In this document: piece by piece, positions 45,601 through 58,675 of the stretch | Layout: the number at the start of each line of letters is the position of its first letter | How positions within the stretch are numbered: position 1 is the stretch's first letter | Assembly (NCBI GenBank): GCA_964016885.1 | Contig: OZ024740.1 | Span: forward strand, 415,152,001-415,216,000 | Reading direction: 5' to 3' | DNA length: 64,000 nucleotides | Source of the DNA: Eledone cirrhosa | Lineage: Eukaryota | Notes under the pieces: model-generated | What the model saw: only the letters and a program-made list of their open reading frames with translations | What the model was told of the DNA's origin: nothing | The model's database searches: none | Program-made: the position numbers and the translations under genes

Positions 45601-47500
45601 GTAGACACAGACTAGTCATAGACGGCATACAACTGTAGACACAGACTAGTCATAGACGGCATCCAACTGTAGACACAGACTAGTCATAGACGGCATACAA
45701 CCGTAGACACAGACTAGTCATAGACGGCATACAACTGTAGACACAGACTAGTCATAGACGGCATACAACTGTAGACACAGACTAGTCATAGGCGGCATAC
45801 AACTGTAGACACAGACTAGTCATAGACGGCATACAACTATAGACACAGACTAGTCATAGACGGCATACAACCGTAGACACAGACTAGTCATAGACGGCAT
45901 ACAACTGTAGACACAGACTAGTCATAGACGGCATACAACTGTAGACACAGACTAGTCATAGACCGCATACAACCGTAGACACAGACTAGTCATAGACGGC
46001 ATACAACCGTAGACACAGACTAGTCATAGACGGCATACAACCGTAGACACAGACTAGTCATAGACGGCATACAACCGTAGACACAGACTAGTCATAGACG
46101 GCATACAACTGTAGACACAGACTAGTCATTGACGGCATACAACTGTAGACACAGACTAGTCATAGACGGCATACAACCGTAGACACAGACTAGTCATAGA
46201 CGGCATACAACTGTAGACACAGACTAGTCATAGACGGCATACAACTGTAGACACAGACTAGTCATAGACGGCATACAACCGTAGACACAGACTAGTCATA
46301 GACGGCATACAACTGTAGACACAGACTAGTCATAGACGGCATACAACTGTAGACACAGACTAGTCATAGACGGCATACAACTGTAGACACAGACTAGTCA
46401 TAGACGGCATACAACTGTAGACACAGACTAGTCATAGACGGCATACAACTGTAGACACAGACTAGTCATAGACGGCATACAACTGTAGACACAGACTAGT
46501 CATAGACGGCATACAACTGTAGACACAGACTAGTCATAGACGGCATACAACCGTAGACACAGACTAGTCATAGACGGCATACAACTGTAGACACAGACTA
46601 GTCATAGACGGCATACAACTGTAGACACAGACTAGTCATAGACGGCATACAACCGTAGACACAGACTAGTCATAGACGCCATACAACCGTAGACACAGAC
46701 TAGTCATAGACGGCATACAACCGTAGACACAGACTAGTCATAGACGCCATACAACTGTAGACACAGACTAGTCATAGACGCCATACAACCATAGACACAG
46801 ACTAGTCATAGACGCCATACAACTGTAGACACAGACTAGTCATAGACGCCATACAACCATAGACACAGACTAGTCATAGACGCCATACAACTGTAGACAC
46901 AGACTAGTCATAGACGCCATACAACCGTAGACACAGACTAGTCATAGACGCCATACAACTGTAGACACAGACTAGTCATAGACGGCATACAACTGTAGAC
47001 ACAGACTAGTCATAGACGGCATACAACCGTAGACACAGACTAGTCATAGACGGCATACAACTGTAGACACAGACTAGTCATAGACGCCATACAACCGTAG
47101 ACACAGACTAGTCATAGACGGCATACAACCGTAGACACAGACTAGTCATAGACGCCATACAACTGTAGACACAGACTAGTCATAGACGCCATACAACTGT
47201 AGACACAGACTAGTCATAGACGCCATGCAACTGTAGACACAGACTAGTCATAGACACATAGAATGACTCAAACTAAATAAAGAAAAACACTTGGAATAAA
47301 GAAAGACATTTGGAAACATTTCGCTCATCCCTAAATGAACAAAGCTATGTGGTGCGACATGTTACACCACAGACTGAATACTCAATTGGGATCACGTGGT
47401 TTTTCGCATTTTCTTAGTATGCCGTTCAAAATTTCGCGGCACACTTAGGAAGAACTCGCGCTATACCTGTGTGCTGCGGCACACTGGTTGAGAATCACTG
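21697..47500. mobile_element. Non-autonomous hAT (Charlie-type) element containing satellite B
   Basis: Left TIR CAGTGGTTCTCAACC (21697-21711) versus right TIR reverse complement CAGTGATTCTCAACC (47486-47500), 14/15 identical. Flanks TTGTAGAC (21689-21696) and TTGTAGAG (47501-47508) form an 8-bp TSD matching 7/8 with central TA. Subterminal GCGGCACAC motifs at both ends. No transposase. Confidence 0.88.
21814..47255. repeat. Satellite array B, 34-bp monomer CTAGTCATAGACG(C/G)CATACAAC(C/T)GTAGACACA(A/G)A, 748 copies plus 10 bp
   Basis: Period 34. Begins and ends in AGTCATAGAC. 25442 bp = 748x34+10, with one +1 indel near 26998 and one -1 near 39821. Confidence 0.98.
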
Positions 47501-47502
47501 TT

Positions 47503-48068
47503 GTAGAGGGTTGGACGCCATGCTCTCTAGCATAGTTACGTCCCTTTACGGTCTGAGTTCAAATCCCGCCGAGGTTAACTTTGCCTTTCATCCCTACGGA
47601 GTCGATAAAATAAAGTACCACTGGATAATTGATGGCCTTGTACCAAAAGTAGAAACAATTATTAGTGGGATTGGCAGAATCGATAGAGCGTTGGACACCA
47701 TGCTTTGCAGCATAGAGTTATTGCCCTTTATGTTCTGAGTTCAAATCCCGCCGGGGTTAGCTTTGCCTTTCATCCTTACGAGGTCGATAGAATAAAGCAC
47801 CAGTAACATACTGGGTCATTTAATCGACTTTCCCCTCCTCCCATATTACTGGTCTTGTGCCTATATAAGAATTCATTATGGTTTGGCAGTATCGGTAGAG
47901 CGTCAGACACCATGCTTCGCAGTATAGGAGTTATGGGTCTTTACGTTCTGGATTCAAATCCCACCGGGGTTAGCTTTGCCTTTCATCCCTACGGATGGTA
48001 AAATAAAGTACCAGTAATGCACTGAGATAATTGCTGGCCTTGTGCTAAAAGTGGAAACATTGTTATTA
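47503..48068 (+). mobile_element. Three head-to-tail tRNA SINEs
   Basis: Same SINE modules at ~47503-47663, 47664-47878 and 47880-48068. The first lacks its 5' ~15 nt. Confidence 0.87.
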
Positions 48069-48187
48069 TTACTGTAAATAAAAATTACATTATTTCATAC
48101 ACACTAAAGAAAATCGTGGGAGAAACTAGAGATTGTAAATGAGATGAGGCGGAGAGGATTTCTTTACTCATTTGTGTATCTGTCAGT

Positions 48188-48664
<477 letters not shown>

Positions 48665-48912
48665 GAAAGCTGAAGAAGCCTGTTTGATTCCTATATTAAG
48701 CTTGTCAGACAACATTGTGTGTCACTACAGATACACGATGGAAGTCTTGTCTAGGAGATAGTTTACGATAGAAATGTTGGCGGGAAGTGCATTATTATTG
48801 TGTCCAAAACAAGATTGCAGAGTAAGGGTCTGCTACTATAACTGTCAACTTGAATGGGTGGACCTTCTGTAGGCTGGGCACTTTTTGTCGAGACACTTAC
48901 ATGACCACTTTT

Positions 48913-49088
48913 AATAATTGTTTCTACTTTTGGCACAAGACCACCAATTACTCAGTGTATTACTGGTACTTTATTTTATCGACCCCGCAAGAATGAAAGG
49001 CAACGTTAACCTCGGCGGCATTCGAACTCAGAATGGCAAGGGTCGTAACTCTATGCGTCAAAGCATAGTGTCCGACGCTCTACCGATA
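48913..49088 (-). mobile_element. tRNA-derived SINE
   Basis: Close to the 19915-20085 copy (shared GAATGGCAAGGG.CGTAACTCTATGCGTCAAAGCATAG). Confidence 0.87.
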
Positions 49089-49192
49089 CATTAATAATAA
49101 ATATTATTTTGAATCTAAAAGCTGTAGATTAGTTTTTTTTTATTCCGTGCATGCATGATTAGTGTATTTATTACTGAAACCTAAAAACAACC

Positions 49193-49903
<711 letters not shown>

Positions 49904-49943
49904 TATATATATATTATTAATGTATCGGTAGATATATATCGGT

Positions 49944-49997
<54 letters not shown>

Positions 49998-50115
49998 TTA
50001 AAATTGTTGGGTTACAACAAGTAAATATTTTATAACCGATATAAAGCACTCGACAAGTTTTTGGAGTAGATATACGATATTAAACAAATGGAAACTATAT
50101 TTATAAAACCATATT

Positions 50116-50181
50116 TATTTCATTATACATATTTCAGGGATACCATATTAAAAATATGGCATGCCTTCGTCAGATAAAATA
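50116..50181 (-). ncRNA. Type I hammerhead ribozyme motif (family A)
   Basis: Reverse complement of the 50328-50393 motif. Confidence 0.8.
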
Positions 50182-50327
50182 CAATATATAAACAGTTTTA
50201 TAAATAATTTTGACGTACCATAAATATAAGCGACCATTAAGATAGGACTACCAAGCCAGCCTCCTATCTTAATGGTCGCTTATATTTATGGTACGTCAAA
50301 ATTATTTATAAAACTGTTTATATATTG

Positions 50328-50393
50328 TATTTTATCTGACGAAGGCATGCCATATTTTTAATATGGTATCCCTGAAATATGTATAATGAAATA
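50328..50393 (+). ncRNA. Type I hammerhead ribozyme motif (family A)
   Basis: Stem I UAUUUUAU/AUGAAAUA; core CUGACGA; long stem II AGGCAUGCCAUAUU-UUU-AAUAUGGUAUCCCU; GAAA; minimal stem III; AUA cleavage triplet (predicted cut after 50385). Confidence 0.82.
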
Positions 50394-50434
50394 AATATGG
50401 TTTTATAAATATAGTTTCCATTTGTTTAATATCG

Positions 50435-50463
<29 letters not shown>

Positions 50464-50465
<2 letters not shown>

Positions 50466-50722
50466 AAGGCGAGTAAAATTCCCGAGATCCATGGACGAGT
50501 TCTCTCCAGCGGTCTCTGTCCCTCATTATCGCTGCCATGTCCTGCGTCTCCAACAGACCAGTATCTGTCCTTAGGGCATCAACATACGTTAACCTTGGTC
50601 TTCCTCTTCTAGTGTGTCCATGTAGGGGCTCCCAAAGGAGCACTGAGTGCAATGTCAACTCTGGATGTCGGTGAGCATGTCCAGCTAACCTCAGTCTCCT
50701 CTGTGTCACTTTTGAGCTGACT
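50464..50722 (-). mobile_element. 5'-truncated RTE-clade LINE 3' end with a (TA)n tail
   Basis: QRRLRLAGHAHRH..LLWEP.HG..RRGRPRLTYVD.L..DTGL...M.DRDRWR is an RTE C-terminal signature. The stop is followed directly by (TA)n. Confidence 0.85.
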
Positions 50723-50724
50723 TT

Positions 50725-51165
<441 letters not shown>

Positions 51166-51180
51166 GTTTTAATATAGATG

Positions 51181-51231
51181 AGATTCTACAGGACTAGAAC
51201 TGTTTCATTCTTTAGAAATCATCAGGAATCT
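51181..51231 (-). ncRNA. Type I hammerhead ribozyme motif (family C)
   Basis: Minus strand AGAUUC-CUGAUGA-UUUCUAAAGAAU-GAAA-CAG-UUCUAGUC-CUG-UA-GAAUCU. Stem I is 6 bp, stem III CAG/CUG, triplet GUA. Stem II is weak (U-U closing). Confidence 0.72.
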
Positions 51232-51428
51232 GGGTATCAAAAAATAAATATGGTATTTATAGGTCTCTACAAGTGGTAGGAGAGGGTGGGGAGTGGGATG
51301 GGTGAAGGTCATTGGTTGATAGAAAAGGGAATTCATTAAAAGCTAATTCTACAAAGCTATAGTTTATTTTTATTTATTTTTGTTTTTAGAGTAACAAAGG
51401 CAGACAGAATTCTATAAACAGGTTCAGG

Positions 51429-51950
51429 ATGGCAGCCAACCACAATTCTAAAAAATTAAATAAGCCAACCACCTCCGAACCCAATCCCCGGACTGGAGCT
51501 CTGTGTAATTGCCTAAATAAGGAAGCATGCCCACTTGAAAACAAATGCCTCACAAATGATATCGTATACAAATGCGATGTCATCTCAGGCACCGATGATT
51601 GCAAAAAAACTTACATCGGCATGACCTCCAACAACTTTAAGACCCGTTGGTATGCCCATACCCACTCCTTCAGAAGACCGGACAAATCAAACCAGACAAC
51701 ACTCGCCTCCTACGTTTGGGACCTCAAAAGGAACTCCACCCCCTTCACGCTTAAATGGAAAATACTCCAGAAAGCACGCTCTTACAACGGAGGACACAAG
51801 GGCTGCGACCTTTGTATTTCAGAGAGCTACGAAATTTTATTCGCCAAGGGCCCGCTACTGAACAAACTCTCTGAACACTGCCCGAACTGCATGCACAAGA
51901 ACTTTGCAACTTTCAAACACTTTAAGCCAGTGTTAAAGCCCGATGGCTAA
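51429..51950 (+). CDS. Penelope-like element GIY-YIG endonuclease domain (5'-truncated copy, no RT)
   Basis: CNC..CPL..CL...IVY..V...YIGMT..FKTRW..H..SF....T.LASYVW.LK....KWKIL..A..Y....CDLC..E..I....LN..SE..C.H is the PLE C-terminal endonuclease with Cys/His linker. A C-rich 3' UTR follows. Confidence 0.88.
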   Translation: MAANHNSKKLNKPTTSEPNPRTGALCNCLNKEACPLENKCLTNDIVYKCDVISGTDDCKKTYIGMTSNNFKTRWYAHTHSFRRPDKSNQTTLASYVWDLKRNSTPFTLKWKILQKARSYNGGHKGCDLCISESYEILFAKGPLLNKLSEHCPNCMHKNFATFKHFKPVLKPDG

Positions 51951-52149
51951 AAACGACCTCCCCCTATTGGCCCCTATACCTCCTTCCCCCCTACCCCTAC
52001 CCCCCTCAACCTGAAATACGGCCACTATGGTTATGTGAGTACCTCTTACCTATCTACATTTTCTGCCTGTAGAGGTGTTTTTATGTGCCTGCGTATATGC
52101 GTATATTTATTGAGTACTTATTTATTTGTATGTGTATATTTTTTTTTTT

Positions 52150-52265
52150 TGTGTGTGTGTATGTGTGTATATGTATGTGTATGTATATATATGTGTGTGT
52201 ATATGTGTTTATCTATGTATATATATGTATGTGTGTGTATGTATGTGTGTATATATATGTATATA

Positions 52266-52298
<33 letters not shown>

Positions 52299-52423
52299 AT
52301 TTGTATGTATATGTATGTATGTATATGTGTGTATATATGTATATGTATGTGTATATGTGTATGTGTATATATGTATATATATATATATATGTATATGTGT
52401 ATATATATATATATATATGTATG

Positions 52424-52460
<37 letters not shown>

Positions 52461-52560
52461 GTATATATGTGTGTATGTGTGTATATATGTATATGTATAT
52501 GTATATATATGTATATATGTGTGTGTGTGTGTATATATATGTGTGTGTGTGCATGTGTAT

Positions 52561-52604
<44 letters not shown>
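52150..52604. repeat. Compound (TA)/(TG) microsatellite
   Basis: Mixed TATG/TGTG/TATA run. Confidence 0.95.
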
Positions 52605-52609
<5 letters not shown>

Positions 52610-52643
52610 AAAGAATAGAGATGTAACACACAAGTTATTATAT

Positions 52644-53058
52644 ATTGGTAAACGGAATAGAAAATGCTGACAAATTGTTCACAGTTGAAAAATGGTTTAA
52701 TTAGGAATAAAAGAGTATTAGTGATTGTATGGGTTAGTATTCAGTTGTGGTTTTAAGTTTTTAAGTTTTTACCGGTTGCGCATTTCTAAATGCTTTTCAA
52801 AAATAATTTTGAGATAGAGTGTCCGTGCTGTTTGCTCTGATCAGAGCAAACAGCACGGACACTCTATCTCAAAATTATTTTTGAAAATTATTTTTGAAAA
52901 TTATTTTTGAAAAGCATTTAGAAATGCGCAACCGGTAAAAACTTAAAAACTTAAAACCACAACTGAATACTAACCCATACAATCACTAATACTCTTTTAT
53001 TCCTAATTAAACCATTTTTCAACTGTGAACAATTTGTCAGCATTTTCTATTCCGTTTA

Positions 53059-53063
<5 letters not shown>
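52644..53063. repeat. Spacer-less palindrome, family B copy 2
   Basis: Near-identical to 49287-49720 and folds at the same TGA|TCA (52840/52841). Three copies of the 13-mer in the right arm. Confidence 0.95.
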
Positions 53064-53126
<63 letters not shown>

Positions 53127-53170
53127 TGAAAAAGAACAAAGGAACTATTATGACATTATAACAAGTTTAT

Positions 53171-53217
53171 TGCCGACAGCCGTTTCGTCCGACCCCATGG
53201 TGGGACTTATCAAGGCA
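53171..53217 (-). ncRNA. Type I hammerhead motif with U3-A8 core variant (family D)
   Basis: Minus strand UGCC-UUGAUAA-GUCC(CACCAUGGGGUC)GGAC-GAAA-CGGCU-GUC-GGCA. Confidence 0.72.
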
Positions 53218-54129
53218 TATAACATGTGATTGCAAGATCATTGTTTACATCAACGTATCACTCAAGGCTAGCAGTTTGAAATTGTTGTATACATCAGCAA
53301 CTCCGCTTTAAGGGGGGCTCTTTTATATTAGTTGTCGGGGTCAGGGATTGAAGTTTAAAAATTAGACAAAAATATATAATTCACGCATCAACATTAAACC
53401 AAGAGACTTGGGGTCCCGCAGAAGTACCTCAGAAAATCCCTCAATGAGTGCATAAAGCTTACAGGCTCCAATACACCTATTAGTCTATAAGAAAATTAAG
53501 AGGCTAATAAAATAAGAAAATAAAAATATAAAGTTTCCCTAAAAAATATATAGAGTTCCTATGAAATTTCTTCTAGAGAAAAAAATTTTTTCCGAAAGAA
53601 AAAAACCTTCTTCCCCCGAGATCACGTTTACAAAATTCAGAAAACTGAATTGAAAACTAGGTTGAAAGAAACTAATCAATTAGAGGTTAATACAGAGAGC
53701 CTTCCATAAATCTCTCAGAAAAGGCCCCTTTACTATTTCCAGTAGGAACTTCTTCCGAGAGACCCTTCGAAGAATTAAAATTTTAGAGAGCCTTTGAGGA
53801 TAAATATAAAAACGAATTGAGGGAAATTATACATTAAAAGTTAAAAATTAAAAATTACGGTATTTGGGATATCCGAGGAATTTTCAAAGGGCCGCTTCAA
53901 CAGATACAACCTAGGTACAATAATCTAAGCAATTTAAGCAATTTAATTATGTAGCAATTCAAGGAGTTTATCAAGTTGGGCAAGATTAAAGAAAGTGGTA
54001 ACTAAGAAAATACATAAGCAAAAAGACAATAATTATAAAATGTATCTTTAAGAAGGTACAAGGTAGCTTCAGTGATCTAACCCCGTATTATCACAAAAAA
54101 ACATTCCAAAATTATTGATACAGGATTAA

Positions 54130-54282
54130 AAATTATTACAAAATCATTACAAAATTACCACAAAATCATTACAAAATTATCAAATCATCACAAAATTACC
54201 ACAAAATCATTACAAAATCATCAAATTATCATAAAATTATCGCAAAATCATTACAAAATTATCATAAAATTATTGCAAAAAT
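54130..54282. repeat. Degenerate 11-bp minisatellite (AAAATCATTAC/AAAATTATCAC)
   Basis: About 13 imperfect copies. Confidence 0.8.
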
Positions 54283-55060
54283 ATAACAGGATGAACATTA
54301 CTGGTGACCGTGTGGGCGCGATATCCATTCTGCCTATGCAGTCCCCTGCACAGCTCCAGGCACGATATCCACTAGGCGTAAGCAGTCATCTGCCTAGCTC
54401 CAGGCGCAGCTGGTCATGTTTAAACGTTCATAGATCACCTGGGGTTCACTATTATCTGCGTGGACTCTCTGGGAGATGTACCTGTGGATCTAATAGCCAG
54501 TGGTTGCCGGATGTGGTCCGTTCGATCCTTTAGTTTCAGGGGTTGAACGCTTTCGCGATAGACGAGCCTGCTGGTTCTAAGTCTAAGGTTTCGCCACGCA
54601 TGATGTATTGGTCCACATGCTATATCGTTAAAAAACCAGTGTGGATTTGACTGGGGTGGTATATTACGAATTCCAAGTCCGCACGCGACTGGTCAAAAGC
54701 GAAAGGCTGTCCTCTCTTTGTTTAATGTATGGGTCGTTCTCAGCTTAGATGGTGGTCGTGTTATCCATATTCCGTCAGCCCTGTATATTTAAGACAGATC
54801 AGGGTATGTATTTGCGGGTATGGTCCTGCGTCTACGTTATCCAGAGGGTCTCGCTTGTGATATTTTCAAGTTCGCATGTCATCTCCCGGTTAAGACTGCG
54901 CATGCTTCGGTGAATCTCAGGCATGGAATCTTAGGGTATCATATTACACGGGGTGACCAGCAGAAAATATACATTCTATGCTATCGCGCACGCATCCAAA
55001 AGTAACGGTCGCATTTTGAAAGGGTACGTCAATGTTTATCTATAAAACTGGTATATATTA

Positions 55061-55125
55061 TATTTTGTCTGATGAAGGCATACCATAATTTAACTTGGTA
55101 TCCTTGAAATATGTATAATGAAATA
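55061..55125 (+). ncRNA. Type I hammerhead motif (family A) in a single pLTR-like end (~55003-55165)
   Basis: UAUUUUGU-CUGAUGA-AGGCAUACCA(UAAUUUAACU)UGGUAUCCUU-GAAA-UAUGU-AUA-AUGAAAUA, followed by the family A tail and (TA)n. Confidence 0.8.
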
Positions 55126-55177
55126 AATATGGTTTTATAAATATAGTTTCCATTTGTTAATATCGTATATATATATG

Positions 55178-55342
<165 letters not shown>

Positions 55343-55628
55343 AATAACGAAACGAAATTAAATTTCGTTTCGTTTGTAACTCACTTTTGTATGACTGACG
55401 CTTAAACAATTAAGTTAAAAATGTACATCCACATATGTATACTGAAATACTAGTATGCATATGAATACACACACGTATACATATGTAGATGTACCGAGTT
55501 TTTCACTGGTCACTTTACTGTGAGTGTCCAGCTATTCTGTATGTAAACACACAGACAAACCGGTTTTTAGAGTCATACTGGTTTTTGAGGAAACACCTTT
55601 CCTCTATTCTCCAGAAAGCCAGACAAGG

Positions 55629-55673
55629 AATATTGAACTAGTTTCGATGTTGTTACATCTCATCAGCAATATT
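55629..55673 (-). ncRNA. Minimal type I hammerhead (family E)
   Basis: AAUAUUG-CUGAUGA-GAUG(UAACAA)CAUC-GAAA-CUA-GUU-CAAUAUU. Stem III is the palindrome ACUAGU. Confidence 0.85.
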
Positions 55674-56094
55674 TACCTATCTTCCGGCCTCTCTAGAGAA
55701 TCGTAAAAGCACATATCGTTATATGCTTTTTCTATGAAAATTAGTAGTGGGCAGACTAATTTGCATAGAGCGTGAGTACGTACCGGTTCAACGGAGACGA
55801 TAAAAACAAATAACGAAACGAAATTAAATTTCGTTTCGTTTGTAACTCACTTTTGTATGACTGACGCTTAAACAATTAAGTTAAAAATGTACATCCACAT
55901 ATGTATACTGAAATACTAGTATGCATATGAATACACACACGTATACATATGTAGATGTACCGAGTTTTTCACTGGTCACTTTACTGTGAGTGTCCAGCTA
56001 TTCTGTATGTAAACACACAGACAAACCGGTTTTTAGAGTCATACTGGTTTTTGAGGAAACACCTTTCCTCTATTCTCCAGAAAGCCAGACAAGG

Positions 56095-56139
56095 AATATT
56101 GAACTAGTTTCGATGTTGTTACATCTCATCAGCAATATT
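56095..56139 (-). ncRNA. Minimal type I hammerhead (family E)
   Basis: Identical to 55629-55673, 466 nt away. Confidence 0.85.
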
Positions 56140-56575
56140 TACCTATCTTCCGGCCTCTCTAGAGAATCGTAAAAGCACATATCGTTATATGCTTTTTCTA
56201 TGAAAATTAGTAGTGGGCAGACTAATTTGCATAGAGCGTGAGTACGTACCGGTTCAACGGAGACGATAAAAACAAATAACGAAACGAAATTAAATTTCGT
56301 TTCGTTTGTAACTCACTTTTGTATGACTGACGCTTAAACAATTAAGTTAAAAATGTACATCCACATATGTATACTGAAATACTAGTATGCATATGAATAC
56401 ACACACGTAACGAAACGAAATTTAATTTCGTTTCGTTATTTGTTTTTATCGTCTCCGTTGAACCGGTACGTACTCACGCTCTATGCAAATTAGTCTGCCC
56501 ACTACTAATTTTCATAGAAAAAGCATATAACGATATGTGCTTTTACGATTCTCTAGAGAGGCCGGAAGATAGGTA

Positions 56576-56620
56576 AATATTGCTGATGAGATGTAACAAC
56601 ATCGAAACTAGTTCAATATT
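56576..56620 (+). ncRNA. Minimal type I hammerhead (family E), inverted copy
   Basis: aatattgctgatgagatgtaacaacatcgaaactagttcaatatt read directly on the + strand. Confidence 0.85.
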
Positions 56621-56841
56621 CCTTGTCTGGCTTTCTGGAGAATAGAGGAAAGGTGTTTCCTCAAAAACCAGTATGACTCTAAAAACCGGTTTGTCTGTGT
56701 GTTTACATACAGAATAGCTGGACACTCACAGTAAAGTGACCAGTGAAAAACTCGGTACATCTACATATGTATACGTGTGTGTATTCATATGCATACTAGT
56801 ATTTCAGTATACATATGTGGATGTACATTTTTAACTTAATT

Positions 56842-56901
<60 letters not shown>

Positions 56902-56938
56902 GTGTATATATATATATATATATGTACATATATATATG

Positions 56939-56993
<55 letters not shown>

Positions 56994-56994
56994 T

Positions 56995-57049
<55 letters not shown>

Positions 57050-57054
57050 GTATA

Positions 57055-57234
<180 letters not shown>

Positions 57235-57277
57235 TACAATATTAAATAAATGGAAACTATATTTATAAAACCATATT

Positions 57278-57343
57278 TATTTCATTATATATATTTCGGG
57301 GATATCATATCAACAATATGCTATGCCTTCCTCAGACAAAATA
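57278..57343 (-). ncRNA. Type I hammerhead motif (family A)
   Basis: Reverse complement of 57485-57550. Confidence 0.75.
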
Positions 57344-57484
57344 CAATATAAACAGTCTTATAGATAAATAGATTCGACATACCGTTATAACACCGACTTC
57401 CATTTGAAGAGGTTTAAGCTTCAAATGGAAGTCGGTGTTATAACGGTATGTCGAATCTATTTATCTATAAAACTGTTTATATTG

Positions 57485-57550
57485 TATTTTGTCTGAGGAA
57501 GGCATAGCATATTGTTGATATGATATCCCCGAAATATATATAATGAAATA
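57485..57550 (+). ncRNA. Type I hammerhead motif (family A)
   Basis: UAUUUUGU-CUGAGGA-AGGCAUAGCAUAUU(GUU)GAUAUGAUAUCCCC-GAAA-UAUAU-AUA-AUGAAAUA. Confidence 0.75.
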
Positions 57551-57680
57551 AATATGGTTTTATAAATATAGTTTCCATTTATTTAATATTGTAAATATAC
57601 TCCAAATATTTGTCGAGTGCTTTTATATCAGTTATAAATATTTACTAGTTGTAACCCAACAATTTTAAATATAACTTTCC

Positions 57681-57723
<43 letters not shown>

Positions 57724-57727
57724 TATA

Positions 57728-57945
<218 letters not shown>

Positions 57946-57950
57946 TATAC

Positions 57951-58647
<697 letters not shown>

Positions 58648-58675
58648 ATCAAAAGATGGTTAAAAGAGTTCCATG

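Larger units (their letters stand above)
49995..50439. mobile_element. Penelope pLTR-like fold-back, family A copy 1
   Basis: Arms 50070-50247 and 50262-50439 with a 14-nt loop. Each arm carries a hammerhead. The left arm extends ~75 bp further, matching the reverse complement of ~57595-57670. (TA)n on both sides. Confidence 0.8.
57235..57680. mobile_element. Penelope pLTR-like fold-back, family A copy 2
   Basis: Arms 57235-57409 and 57419-57593 with a 9-nt loop and one mismatch between arms. The right arm extends to ~57680 before (TA)n. Diverged from copy 1. Confidence 0.8.

Noticed and set aside
1-47255. CRISPR-like appearance of the 34-43-bp repeats with internal dyads
   Set aside because: Units are contiguous with no unique spacers, there are no cas genes, and the context is eukaryotic.
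47469-47738. 89-aa ORF
   Set aside because: Spans the hAT TIR and SINE sequence; spurious.
54720-54900. KYTGLTE on the minus strand as a possible GIY-YIG remnant
   Set aside because: Immediately followed by a stop, and no other endonuclease motifs could be aligned.
55524-56725. Three identical 60-aa ORFs
   Set aside because: A by-product of the 466-bp repeat: GTG start, antisense to the hammerhead, no recognisable domain.
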